In this document: positions 1-10,308 of the stretch, piece by piece | How the letters are laid out: every line of letters starts with the position of its first letter | How positions within the stretch are numbered: the first letter of the stretch is position 1 | DNA from: Amoebophrya sp. A120 | Lineage: Eukaryota; Protista; Dinoflagellata | Assembly: GCA_905178155.1 (NCBI GenBank) | Contig: CAJINV010000005.1 | Coordinates: 1,328,438-1,392,437 of the forward strand | DNA length: 64,000 bases | Direction: 5' to 3' | Made by a program: the position numbers and the translations under genes | The notes under the pieces: generated by a model | The model's database searches: none | What the model was told of the DNA's origin: nothing | Seen by the model: the letters and a program-made list of their open reading frames with translations, nothing else

Positions 1-168
1 ATATCCGAGGTATTATTTCTTCATCTATGAAATAAATCTGTGAATCTCGAATGAATTTTATTTAATATCCCCCTTAAGAATGTAGTCAATCTATCTTCAT
101 TTTTCTCAAATTTATCTGGATATATTCAATGATTTTGAAAATATCCTACCAAATATTTCAATGATTTT

Positions 169-1430
169 CAGGCAGCCGGCCCGAGGCATTTTCCGCTAGT
201 AAAATTTTTTTAAAATGTCACTAATTCCGGGAATCGCGGGCCGGTTGGCTGGGTGTGGCACCCTTTGGGCACGCGCCGCATTCGGGGAGGGGGGCGCGGC
301 ATAGTGTGGCGCCCCCGCTTTTTGTTTTCCCGGGTGTCGTAAGCTTCCGGGCCGTCTCCCCTGGTTGTGTGTTCTCCCCCGTCCTCTTGGGGGTGGGGGC
401 CGCTTATCGTTGGGCCTTTTCGCGCGCGCGGCGCCTTGGCTTTTGGTGGTGGCCTGCCCTCGGGCGCTCTTTTCCCTTACCTCAGGGAATGTCTCGGGTC
501 GGGCCCTTGCCCGGGCCTTCGGTTTTTCTTTGTCCGGTATCTTTGCAAGGGAGGGGGGTCCTGTGGTGTGGTTTGGCACACAGGGGCTGCTCCTCGTGGC
601 CATGGCTCAAATCCACCGGGGCCCGGCGCCTTTGCATTTATGGGGGGCAGCGCGCAGTGGGCCCGGCTCTGGAAATCGGGCAGGAGTGAGGCCGGGGCTT
701 TTTGGTCTTTCAAGCACCACCCCGATCCCGGGCGGCTAATGAAGAGGGTAATCCCGGCGGTAATTTCCGGGGTTAATCTGACCACAACGAAATCGGGAAG
801 GTTTCGTTGGTTTTGAAATTAGACCAAAAATTAGACTACAGATTAGACTATAAATTAGACCACAAATTACCCCAAAAACCCAAGGAATTAACCTGCCCCC
901 GGGGGGCAGTCACTCCGCCAGAGCATTGGGTTTTCAGTTGGCGCCATTTGCCACCACTTGTCCTGCTTTTTCTCGGCAGGCCGCCCGCCCGCAGTTCCCG
1001 CCCGCCCGTGGCCTTTGCGTCTTTGAATGGATTCCCCCCGACCGGTGCCTTTCCCAATTTGCCCCGAAGATTGAAGGGGTGGCGCTCTGGAAACCCACAA
1101 ACAACAGGCCCGCCGGGGTCGCGTTCCGGCCTCCGTTGTGATTTGGTGGAGGCCCCCCGCGCGCAGGCTTCGCAGTCTCCTAGGCCTTTCTTCGGTGCCG
1201 GGGCACCCTTTGGCGCCTTTCCCGGCGCGCGCCCGCCTCCCCTTCAGGGGGGCGCGGGGGGGGTGCCCGGAGGGCGGCGCCCGCGATGGCTATGCGCCCC
1301 CGGAAGTATGGCGGCACCCCCGGCGCGCTTTCTAGTCGGGTCCCTCTTGCGCCTGCCCTCCTTCGCTTTGGGGATTAGCCAAACTTCAGCCAGGAATTAA
1401 CGAAATAGCTTGCCACGGGCCGGCTGCCTG
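169..1430. mobile_element. GC-rich non-autonomous hAT-like TIR element
   Basis: 20-bp TIR caggcagccggcccgaggca / tgccacgggccggctgcctg (19/20 match). 8-bp TSD atgatttt (161-168) / atgattta (1431-1438). CAG termini. GC-rich body inside AT-rich DNA. No transposase ORF seen. Confidence 0.85.
816..875. repeat. ~12-bp tandem AAATTAGAC repeats inside the hAT-like element
   Basis: aaattagaccaa aaattagactac agattagactat aaattagaccac aaattacc; the same motif recurs at 63252-63298. Confidence 0.8.
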
Positions 1431-2303
1431 ATGATTTAAAATAATAAATTCAAATCATTTGAAATTCGAAAAAATTTAAATTATCGAAAAATTTTCAAAA
1501 AATTTCGAAACATGATGGAATTTCGAAAAATTTCGAAATTATTATGATGAGGTTTTGATTTTCTAAAAGTTTTTGGCATTCTCTGAAGAATTATCATTAT
1601 CAAAAATTTTATTGTAAATTTTATTTCATAAATCTCTTATTCTTTCCGATTTATCTTCCAGGAATACATGGAGCCATATCATTGAAAAATTCAAAAATTT
1701 TTTTCAATCCCAGACACCTTTATTGATCTTTCTATCTTTCTTTTCATCCCCAGACATGAAAATGAATTTTCTTAAAAATATCGATCCGATTACATTTTCA
1801 CATTTTTCAAATCATTCAATCCGAGAAATGAATCTCATCACATCCGATAATCCATTTGATTCATTTCTTTTCTTTCTGGTCATGTCTGGGCATGACTCAA
1901 ATTTGTCGTAGACCCGATCCGAGATTATCCTTCATTTTTTCATCATCAACTCGCTTTTCCTCAAAAATAAGATATAGATAAAGATGATAAAGATAAAGAT
2001 GACAGAGATAAAGTTAAAGATCCATTTGATTCAATCCAGAATCATATAATCTTTGAATCAAACAATTGCAATCCATAACTCAACACATGATAACTTGAGA
2101 TAATTCGCGACAGGTAAAGATCAAAAATCATCATTGACAAGAACGTTCATTTCAGGTATGACAATCCCTGCAGGTCGTGTAGGAAGGTAACAAGATCTTT
2201 TTGATTTGCTCAAGCTTCATTTTGGATTTTCTTTATTTTTTGCTTCGTTCTATTTTTTGCAGTGCAGTTTCTGCTATGTAGTTTGTCTTTCCATACCGCA
2301 GCA

Positions 2304-5300
2304 CTATTTCGTCCTTTTCGATTTCAATTCAATCAGTTTCACCGCCTCATCCCATGTGACTCCCGGCTCCTTCTGCAAATAATCTTCTTCAAACCCTTTC
2401 TCTCCCCGTTTCGCTCTGCCCACAATGGCCGGCCAGGAATAGGAGTTGTTATTAGCCGCGGTATTGTTGGTCTGACAGTAGCGATTCCCGACCACATTCC
2501 TGATTTGCACGTATTTCCCGTCGCAAAACGTGGTAAATTTGTTGCGAAACGCCTCGGACTTTTCGAATTTCTTCTCCACGGACACGAGCTTTACCAGAAT
2601 CCGCGCAAACCGTTCCGGCCGAAAGATGGCCAGCATCCGCCACATCGCGAGGCGGCGGTTCCCCGTTCCCGCCACGAAGAGGATGTTGCTGCTGGTGACA
2701 TCACAAGACGAACTTCCATAGCCACCACTAGAAGCGGACGTGGCCTTGCATGACTCCCCAAACCGTGGATCCCAGCACACCTCCAGGCAATCGAGTGTCT
2801 TGGGCAGTTTTCCCTGGTTGTCACAATCCAACACCTCCTCCATGGTGTCCAAAATTCCCTGGTCCTGCAGATGCACCCCGGTCCGCCAGTCGTCGCAGTC
2901 CGCAAATTTTTGGTGCACGGAGTCGTGCGCAAACCGGATGTGCAGCGGGGAAATCCAGTGCAGCGTGTTGGGACGCGTGTAGGCCTTGGACGGCAGTTCG
3001 TAGTAGGACATGGCGTCATGTTGGTGTTGATCTAGGAAATTGCTATCCTGGTCGGAGGCTGGAATTTCTTGGCTGGTATCATGATTATCGTACAAATTGT
3101 TCGTTGAAGAAGTTGAAGATGCTGGCAAAGTTCCATCCTTCGCGTAACTTTCGATAGCATTCTGATTTTGTGTAGCTCCACCATTTTGATCACGCGTTGG
3201 CGGAACAAAATGCTGCTTATTCCTTGAGTCGTCATGGCTCATAAATGACCCCGCCGCCGATTGGGCACCAATGAGGAGCGGTTTAGTTGTGCTGTCGGCG
3301 GCTGCAGGAGCGGTTCCGGTTTTGTTGTTCACCTGTACTGCGGCGCCCTTCTGTTTCTTCTTTTTAGCTGAAGCAGAAGGAGAAGCGCTGTTCACAGATA
3401 TTGTTGCTTTGTTGTGCGAAGAAGCTTTGATTTCCTTGCTTGTTTCCTGTGCTTGTGCACTTGCAGAACTATACGAAGAAGCCGTGTTATTGCAGCAAAC
3501 CAAGTGCCTCGCCAACCCGGACACGCCGTTGTATTTTTGTTGGCAGAAGGGGCAATTGGCTACGCAGTTGCCGTTTTCGAAAATCAAGCCCGTTTCTTGT
3601 GATGAAGCGTTTATTTGGTCTGCAAACGAACTCGCGACTGCTGCAGCTACTGCATTTGAGGTTCTTCCCTGTTGATTTCCAGCTTTGTTCTTGGCCCCTT
3701 GCGTGACCCAGGTTTGCGCGCAGGCGGTACACAGCATCGCGGGGTCTTTGCACAAGCAGGACTTCTTGTTGTCGTACACTAAAATCGCGGGTACGATGTC
3801 GTCCTTCAGCAAGTCCGAATACTTGCGGTAGCACAAACTACACTCCTTCTCCTCCGCATCAACTTTTTGACATCTGTGCGAGGCCATCTGCCATTGCGGC
3901 ATGCGCTCAAAACACCAGAGACAGTCGTGGGGGGCGTACGGGCAAATTTGCTCGTGGTGTGGCAGGTACTGCACCGGCCCCTGCCAACCGCACCCGGCAG
4001 GGTGCTGCGGACAGGAAACGATGCGCATTTCGCAAGTGTTTTCTTGGTGGTATTGAAGTTCCGAAAACCGAATCCCGGGTAACTGGCAAACTTCGCAAGT
4101 GACGGACCGCCCGGCGCATTCATGATTCAAATGGTGCTGGAGATTTTGGAACTGGACTTGTTTTTTGTGCGCATTGCACCCCAGGTTGGGACACTTCACG
4201 AGCCGGAGTTTGCATTTCTGGGACAAGTGCTTTTTCAAACTGGTGCCCGGAGCGAGCTGTTCGCCGCAGTCGGGGCAGATAGTAGCTGTTGCGCCGGCGT
4301 GGCCATGGGCTGCCGATGATGTTGCCGCTTTGGCTTGCTTGCTTGCTGTGGTCGTTGGTTTCTTTTGCTTCGTCTCGCTTGGTGTGACGGGGATTTTGAT
4401 CGGTTCGCTTACTGGTGCACAAGCTGTAGCAAGAACCGGTGTAGAAGTAGTTGCAGTGTGGGTCGTGTCCTCGTCCACGCCTGTCTCAACATTTGCAGCC
4501 TGCTCAAAAACCTCCTGCTGCAGCCGCGGCTCGGCGACTGGATCAGATTCGACGAATATTGGCGCCTCGGAAGGCGCTTCTCTACTAACTTCGTCCTGCA
4601 CTTGTTCATCTGCATCCTGTTCCTCCAGCGCTGCCTCGAGCTTCTGCTCCTCCTCCGCGTTTTCTAAACCGTGAATGCATTGGTCCTGTAGCTCCTCTAC
4701 CAATTTCACAATATGCGGCACGCGCCGGTTCAAGACGGCCAAGTCTATGCGTCGCGGTATAGCTGATGTTAATATTCCACGTTCAACATCATTCTCGTCT
4801 TCGGAGCAATTACCTCCAGAGGACATCATGGGCAATAACGTGTTGGTCGGTAAACAGGCTGCAATACTTGCTGTGCCTTGTCCACCTCCTCCACCCCCTC
4901 GTCCGTACAGAATCCACTCACAGACATCCATCACCTGCTCGATTTCCTTTTTCCACTCCTTCAGATCTACCGCGCAGACACTCGCCCCCGCTTCGTAAAA
5001 TTTCTCGTATGCGGCACGGTACAGCTTCGCGGCGTACTGCGTCATTTCCTGCTCCTCAATGTCGTCCCGAACTACCCCTTGCCGATCCGCCAACAGCTGC
5101 CGTTGCCGCGCCACCTCCTGCTTCGCCGATCGTTGGCAGTCCACGCTGCGACTGTTCATCTCGAAGTTCGACCGCAGCATGGCGCAGAATCCGCTGCTGT
5201 TTTTCCCGTCCTCTTCGACCGAGTCGACCGCAAGCCGGAGGTTCCGAACCTTCACAGCAATCGTCTGTCCGTTCGTCAACGCCACTTGAACCCTGGTGTC

Positions 5301-6589
5301 GTCCACGTCGTCCACGGGAGCTAGGTATGACATGCAAATATGTCTGGGTCTGGAAGATTCCGAGGCTTGTCATGCAGATTTTCCATGATCCATGTCGTCT
5401 GGAATGCAGGGCCTACTTAGCATGACAGATTCTGTGAGATCCCTATCATGCCTATCCTGCATGAGAAACTTCCTCTCAACTACTTGGCACTCATGCAACT
5501 TTTGGCATTCATGCAACACAGATTTTTGCACGATCCAGAATTAGCATTACAAGCTGCATCCTTCCAGACCCAGTGATTTTTGCAACACATACTTGGTCCG
5601 GCGCGGCGCGGTTCGTCAGCAGCGTCGCCAGCGCACCATTGTACATCACCGCGCGATATCCTGTGCAAAAGTATCGTACTCGTACTAATTGCAGACATGC
5701 ATGACAAATCCAACTTTCTACCTGAAATAGCATGACAAATCGCATTTTTGTTCTTGGGAAAATTTGTAATGCAATACATACTAGTACGATACTTTTGCAA
5801 TGCATACGCGACCCGCTTGCAACCCGAACACCTTCACCGTGGTCTGCCGTTTGGTCAGTCCCGGGATCACCTTCAACGGGCGGGGGTGGAGCTGGTACCC
5901 GATTTTCAGTTTTCTTTCCAGAAAATTCCGCCACAAATTCACCCCGCCGATCTCCTCGAAAAACACGTCGGGGTCTTTCAGATTCGCGTGGGTCTCCTCC
6001 AACAGCATTCCATTCCCGGTGCCAACTTTCACACTTTCCACCCCCGCGTGCAGATGGTACGCCACCTGCGCCCGGGTTTGTTCGAACAGGTCCGTGACTT
6101 CTTTTTGGTAGCCCTGTTTGTAGGAAAAGTCGTGGATCGCGTCCTTGTAGTAGGGTCCGGTGTCTGCGTATGAAAGTGCACAACCCCCCCTCCCCCTCAG
6201 TTCTGTAGCATGAACAGCAACACAGGCGTCAGCAGAAATGCAGGTTTTGCATGACAAACTTGCACAAATAGCACGACGTGCTATTTCGGGTGCCAGAACT
6301 TGTCATGCAAACCGTGCCAAAAGGCAAACACGCTTGGCTATGGTATTTTGCATGACAAATGAGGGGGAGGGGGAGTTCGAGTTGTGCACTCTCTTACTGC
6401 GCCGGCGTACTTTGCTCCCTCCTGAATGAACCACTGGATGGAAACGGAGTAAACTTTTTCGGCGAGCAACCGGAGCGACGGGATAGTTGTGGAGAATACG
6501 TTTTCATCACCGTACCTGTGTCGTGGGTGTATTGTTGGCGTAGTTCTTGCACCATAAAGTCGAACCAACTTGCTCGTTCCCACGAACAT
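2304..6589 (-). CDS. TRAF-type zinc finger / RING-like protein (putative E3 ligase), 4 exons
   Basis: Repeated C-x2-C...H-x3-C TRAF fingers (CPDC...HLSQKC, CPNLGC...HLNHEC, CPQHPAGCGW...HEQIC). Removing three introners joins the frames into VKVFGLQAGRAVMYNGALATLL...RVQVALTNGQTIAVKVRNL. Confidence 0.75.
5326..5591. mobile_element. Introner family A (non-canonical intron)
   Basis: TIR tat...tgtctgggtctggaag / cttccagacccag...cata; TSD ctagg/cttgg; frame restored (PDQ|APVDD). Confidence 0.9.
5657..5806. mobile_element. Introner family B
   Basis: TIR tgcaaaagtatcgtac / gtacgatacttttgca; perfect TSD cgcga; frame restored (LQAGR|AVMYNG). Confidence 0.9.
6169..6396. mobile_element. Introner family C
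   Basis: TIR agtgcacaacc...cctccccctca / tgagggggagggggag...gtgcact; TSD ctgcg. Confidence 0.88.
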
Positions 6590-7043
6590 GTAAAATTGAA
6601 AATCAATCGTGTGCTCGCTTCTTTAGGCGAGCGAGTGACTGTCTATCGTACTATCTATATTCCTGCTTGTAAGTAGCTGGCGATCGGTGTCTAAACCGGT
6701 CACCACCTAGGTCTGGAGAAACACCGCCCGTTTTAGTGGTGAACCAACCGACCTGGGGAGTTGCCCGAGGGAAAGTGAGTCGAGACCCCCAATCACCACT
6801 GGCTTCAGAACGATGCACTACTACCGCCTCCGCAGTGCTTCGCTCAACCTCCGCTGAGCCACAAGGTCCGAAGTAAGCCGCCTCTGCTTACCCTTCCTTG
6901 CGTCAGAACAGGCGCTATAGAAATGCCAGGTCCTAAGCAAGACTCCTCTTCTTGCCCTTCCTGGCTGCGCTACCTGAGCCGGAGCTCTGTACAGCGGTAC
7001 GTAAAATTGAAAATCAAGAAGTAAAATAACGATAAAACAAACT

Positions 7044-8144
7044 TTACTTTCTCTTTGCGTGTTCTTTCTGGAATCTGAGCGGAAGCAAGTCCGCAGCTTT
7101 CTCCAAACAGCACGCAAAATCGAAGTCGAAGAGTTCGTCCTCGTCGGTCATCAAGTCGGTTTTTTTACTGGATGCGGAGGCCAACATTAGCGGCAACGCC
7201 TCCCGCCTCGCACACAGTTTCATCCAGAGCAGGAAGTCCGCACAGATGGAAGCCGGCGTACTGTCCGGATTGTACGCCCCTCGCATGTTTCCCCCGCACC
7301 ACTGCATGTCGTCGTGAACCCGCATGCGGTAGCAGTCGATTAGCCACTCGCACTGCTCCTGTTTGATTTGGAGCTCCTTTGCCTCCGGTGTGAGTTCCCG
7401 TTTTCGCTTCTTATTTCGGATAAAGTGCGCCCACCGCCGCAGCGGACTGTCGCAATCTTTGTCTTGGAGATGCCGTGCCAGTTGCTTGTTGCTTTGCGCC
7501 TTGTTTTTCACGTTGTTCGCCCCGCCGAAGATTCCCTTACTCCCGCCCGCGAAATCGAAGCTGAAGGTTGCCAGGTTATCGTCCTCCATGTTGTTCGCTT
7601 GCTCCAGCAACGTTTTCCGTTGCGCATCCGCGCCATGCCGCACCTCTTCTACCGCGTTCGACTGCTTCAACCCGCTTTGCTCTTTCAACCTTTTCTATCG
7701 CAAGAAAAAACTGTTTCACTGTGAACTTGTGATGCAAAGAGTGGAGCACATGACTATTTGTCTTGCTACACCTGCAAGGCATTGGATTTTTTAGCGTGTT
7801 TTCCCTTGGAAAGCGCGCATGGCAAATTTTCTGTGTCATGTGTAGCAAACTTGTGATGCGGATTTTGCAAAACCATCACAGTGAACAGTTTTTTCGTGGC
7901 ATATTTTCGTCAGGTTCTTGATCTGTAGTTTCGTGAACGACTCGAAGGACTTGTTTTCCTTGACCAAACTCGCCCGGTACTCCGCGGGCGTCCAGTCCGG
8001 GTGTTTTTTAATAAGAGCGGTGAGCTCCGTTTTCAACTTCGCATCGAGATTGGCCGCTGTGTTCATCTCGCTAGTTGCAGTGGAGGAAGAACTTGAGGAG
8101 CTCGAAGTGCCTCCGGCCGCGGTGCTCGAGGCAGAAGAGGACAT
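7044..8144 (-). CDS. Hypothetical protein, 2 exons
   Basis: ORFs 7836-8144 and 7044-7688 join in frame (NLTK|RLKEQSG) after removing the family D introner plus one TSD. Confidence 0.7.
7696..7903. mobile_element. Introner family D
   Basis: TIR tatcgcaagaaaaaactgtttcactgtga / tcacagtgaacagttttttcgtggcata; TSD ttttc. Confidence 0.9.
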
Positions 8145-9345
8145 GGCTGATGAGAGCAGCAGAATCAGTTTGGTGTCTATGAGTTGTATGTAGAAGATGA
8201 CATCAAAGTCGTGTGAATGTGTTTGGTTCTTCCTTCGCTTCCGTTAGAGGCAGACGATACTAGTAGTTTTGCGGCACGACATCGACAAAACCAAAAGGAA
8301 AAATGGTAAGGGTAGTTGAAGTTGTCACGTTGAGCTAGTATGCGATACTGAATAGAATAGGGGCACAGAAGTACAGGCAGGCAAAATACATTGGTAAGTA
8401 GGTCCAAGAAATTGATATTGCCTAATCGCAACTTATATAAAAATGACGTGAAGTAGTTGTAATTCGTAGACCCGGAAGCAGTGGGGGGCCTCTGGCTCTG
8501 CGATGATTTTTAAAAAACGATGTTTGCACGACGATAATTTCATATAAGTACTGCGTTCTTTGCTGCAAGAGATGGAGATCCACTTGTAGTTGCTGATCCT
8601 ACGTACCACACGCACAGGTACTACTACGTGCACGATCTCAATGCTTGCGTACATCTTGCTACAGCTGCTAGCACTACAGCAAATGGAGATGTTTTGTGGT
8701 CCGGTAAGCATCCATAGATCTAGAGCAACTACAAGTTGCGAGGTCTTTCTTTTTTCACTTGTCATCCCGGCCGATGAGTTGATCTTTACCGAGGAGATTG
8801 AATAAGTACCGCGTTACTAGCATGACGCCCACCTTTTTTTCTCTTTGTCGATTATGTTCATGGCAAGAGCTTGAGCTGCTCGTTGTCATATTTGCTACTC
8901 TCACCGCTACCGCACATCCCAAAAAAAGAAGCTGCCGAGAAAGTCAGTGCGGATCATGCAAACAGCTTGGACACCGACGCAATCGTTTCGTGCCCACATC
9001 AGGAGCCGGCTTATCCCCGACAGGGAAGGAGCTCTGCGCAGGCAAGCCGAAACGCAGAAATCACAAATCCGCCGAGTGCAATCGTGATTGCGAGATAGAT
9101 ACTTCAACTTCTGATACTTATACTGCACAATAAAATGGATAAAAAAACAAAGTCATCAGAGGGTCTTTGTTTATTTTTTGCAAAAGAAATATCATTTTCT
9201 CGCAATTAAGCGGATTTTTGAGTTCCATCAGTGAACTGAAGGAACTGTAAAAGACGTTGACGTTATGTGGTGTTTATTTCCACGACTAGTGATGAAATAC
9301 TCGATGGAGGTGTTAAGATACCTGTCGTGGTAGCTCATAACAGAC

Positions 9346-9606
9346 TATCAAATGTAAAAATGTCTGGGTCTGGAAAAGTGTAGACTTGTCATGCAGATTT
9401 TCCATGACCCGTAAGGTCTGAAATGCGGGACTTAGCATGACAGACTCTGCGAGGTTTCCGCCATGCCTGTCCTCCATGAGAAACTCCCTTCCAATTTGGT
9501 CAAAAGTGGACAGCTTTTGGCACTCATGCAACACAGATTTTTGCATGCTGGAGATTTACCATGACAAGTTGCAACCTTCCAGACCCAGACATTTTTGCAA
9601 TCCATA
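9346..9606. mobile_element. Introner family A copy in apparently non-coding DNA
   Basis: Family A TIRs; TSD cagac on both sides. Confidence 0.88.
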
Positions 9607-9686
9607 CAGACACCAGAAAGCATCTATGGAAAATTCCGAGGTAAAGTCGAGGATTCCTTCGACGTGTACGTGGTAATCACAATATA

Positions 9687-9895
9687 TATCGCAAGAAAAA
9701 TCTGTTTCACTGTAAACTTGTGATGCATAGAACGGAACGCAAATGCGTTTGTCTTGCTACACATGCAAGACATTGGATTTTTAGCTGTGTTTTCCCTTAG
9801 GAAGCACGCATTCCAAGTTTTTTTTGTCATGTGTAGCAAACTTGTGACGCAGATCTTGCAAAATCATCACAGTGAAGCAGTTTTTTCGTGGGATA
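9687..9895. mobile_element. Introner family D copy in apparently non-coding DNA
   Basis: Homologous to 7696-7903; TSD atata on both sides. Confidence 0.88.
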
Positions 9896-10308
9896 ATATA
9901 ATCGAGGAGAATACAGCAAGACTTACAGCCGCATTCCATAGTCATAATATATTAATTTATTTTCAAAAAGGTAAAATCGAAGTTTTGGCGAAGCCACTCT
10001 AGCTTCATCTTTCGAAAAGTTTTGATTCATCAAGTTGGACTTGTATCAGCAAATGCAAAAGATTAAGACTTATTTGATTTCTCGAATTTAATTGTAATGA
10101 TTTTCTTGCAGTGAATACCGCCAGTTTCAACAAAAGAAAGTTTCAAATTTGCCAACTGGTTGCAAATCGGTACTAAAATTTAATTGGTGTTTGGTGTTGA
10201 AAAATTTTTAGTGCAGTTCAACATCAATTGATCACGTAGTACTTTTTTACTTACAACGACAGTTTTCTCGGCGTTGGATGAACAAGCAGATTTCGTACGT
10301 CCAACTAC

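Noticed and set aside
196-1400. Overlapping ORFs in the first GC-rich element
   Set aside because: Arg/Pro/Gly/Ala-rich frames on both strands, expected from high GC content; no domain motifs.
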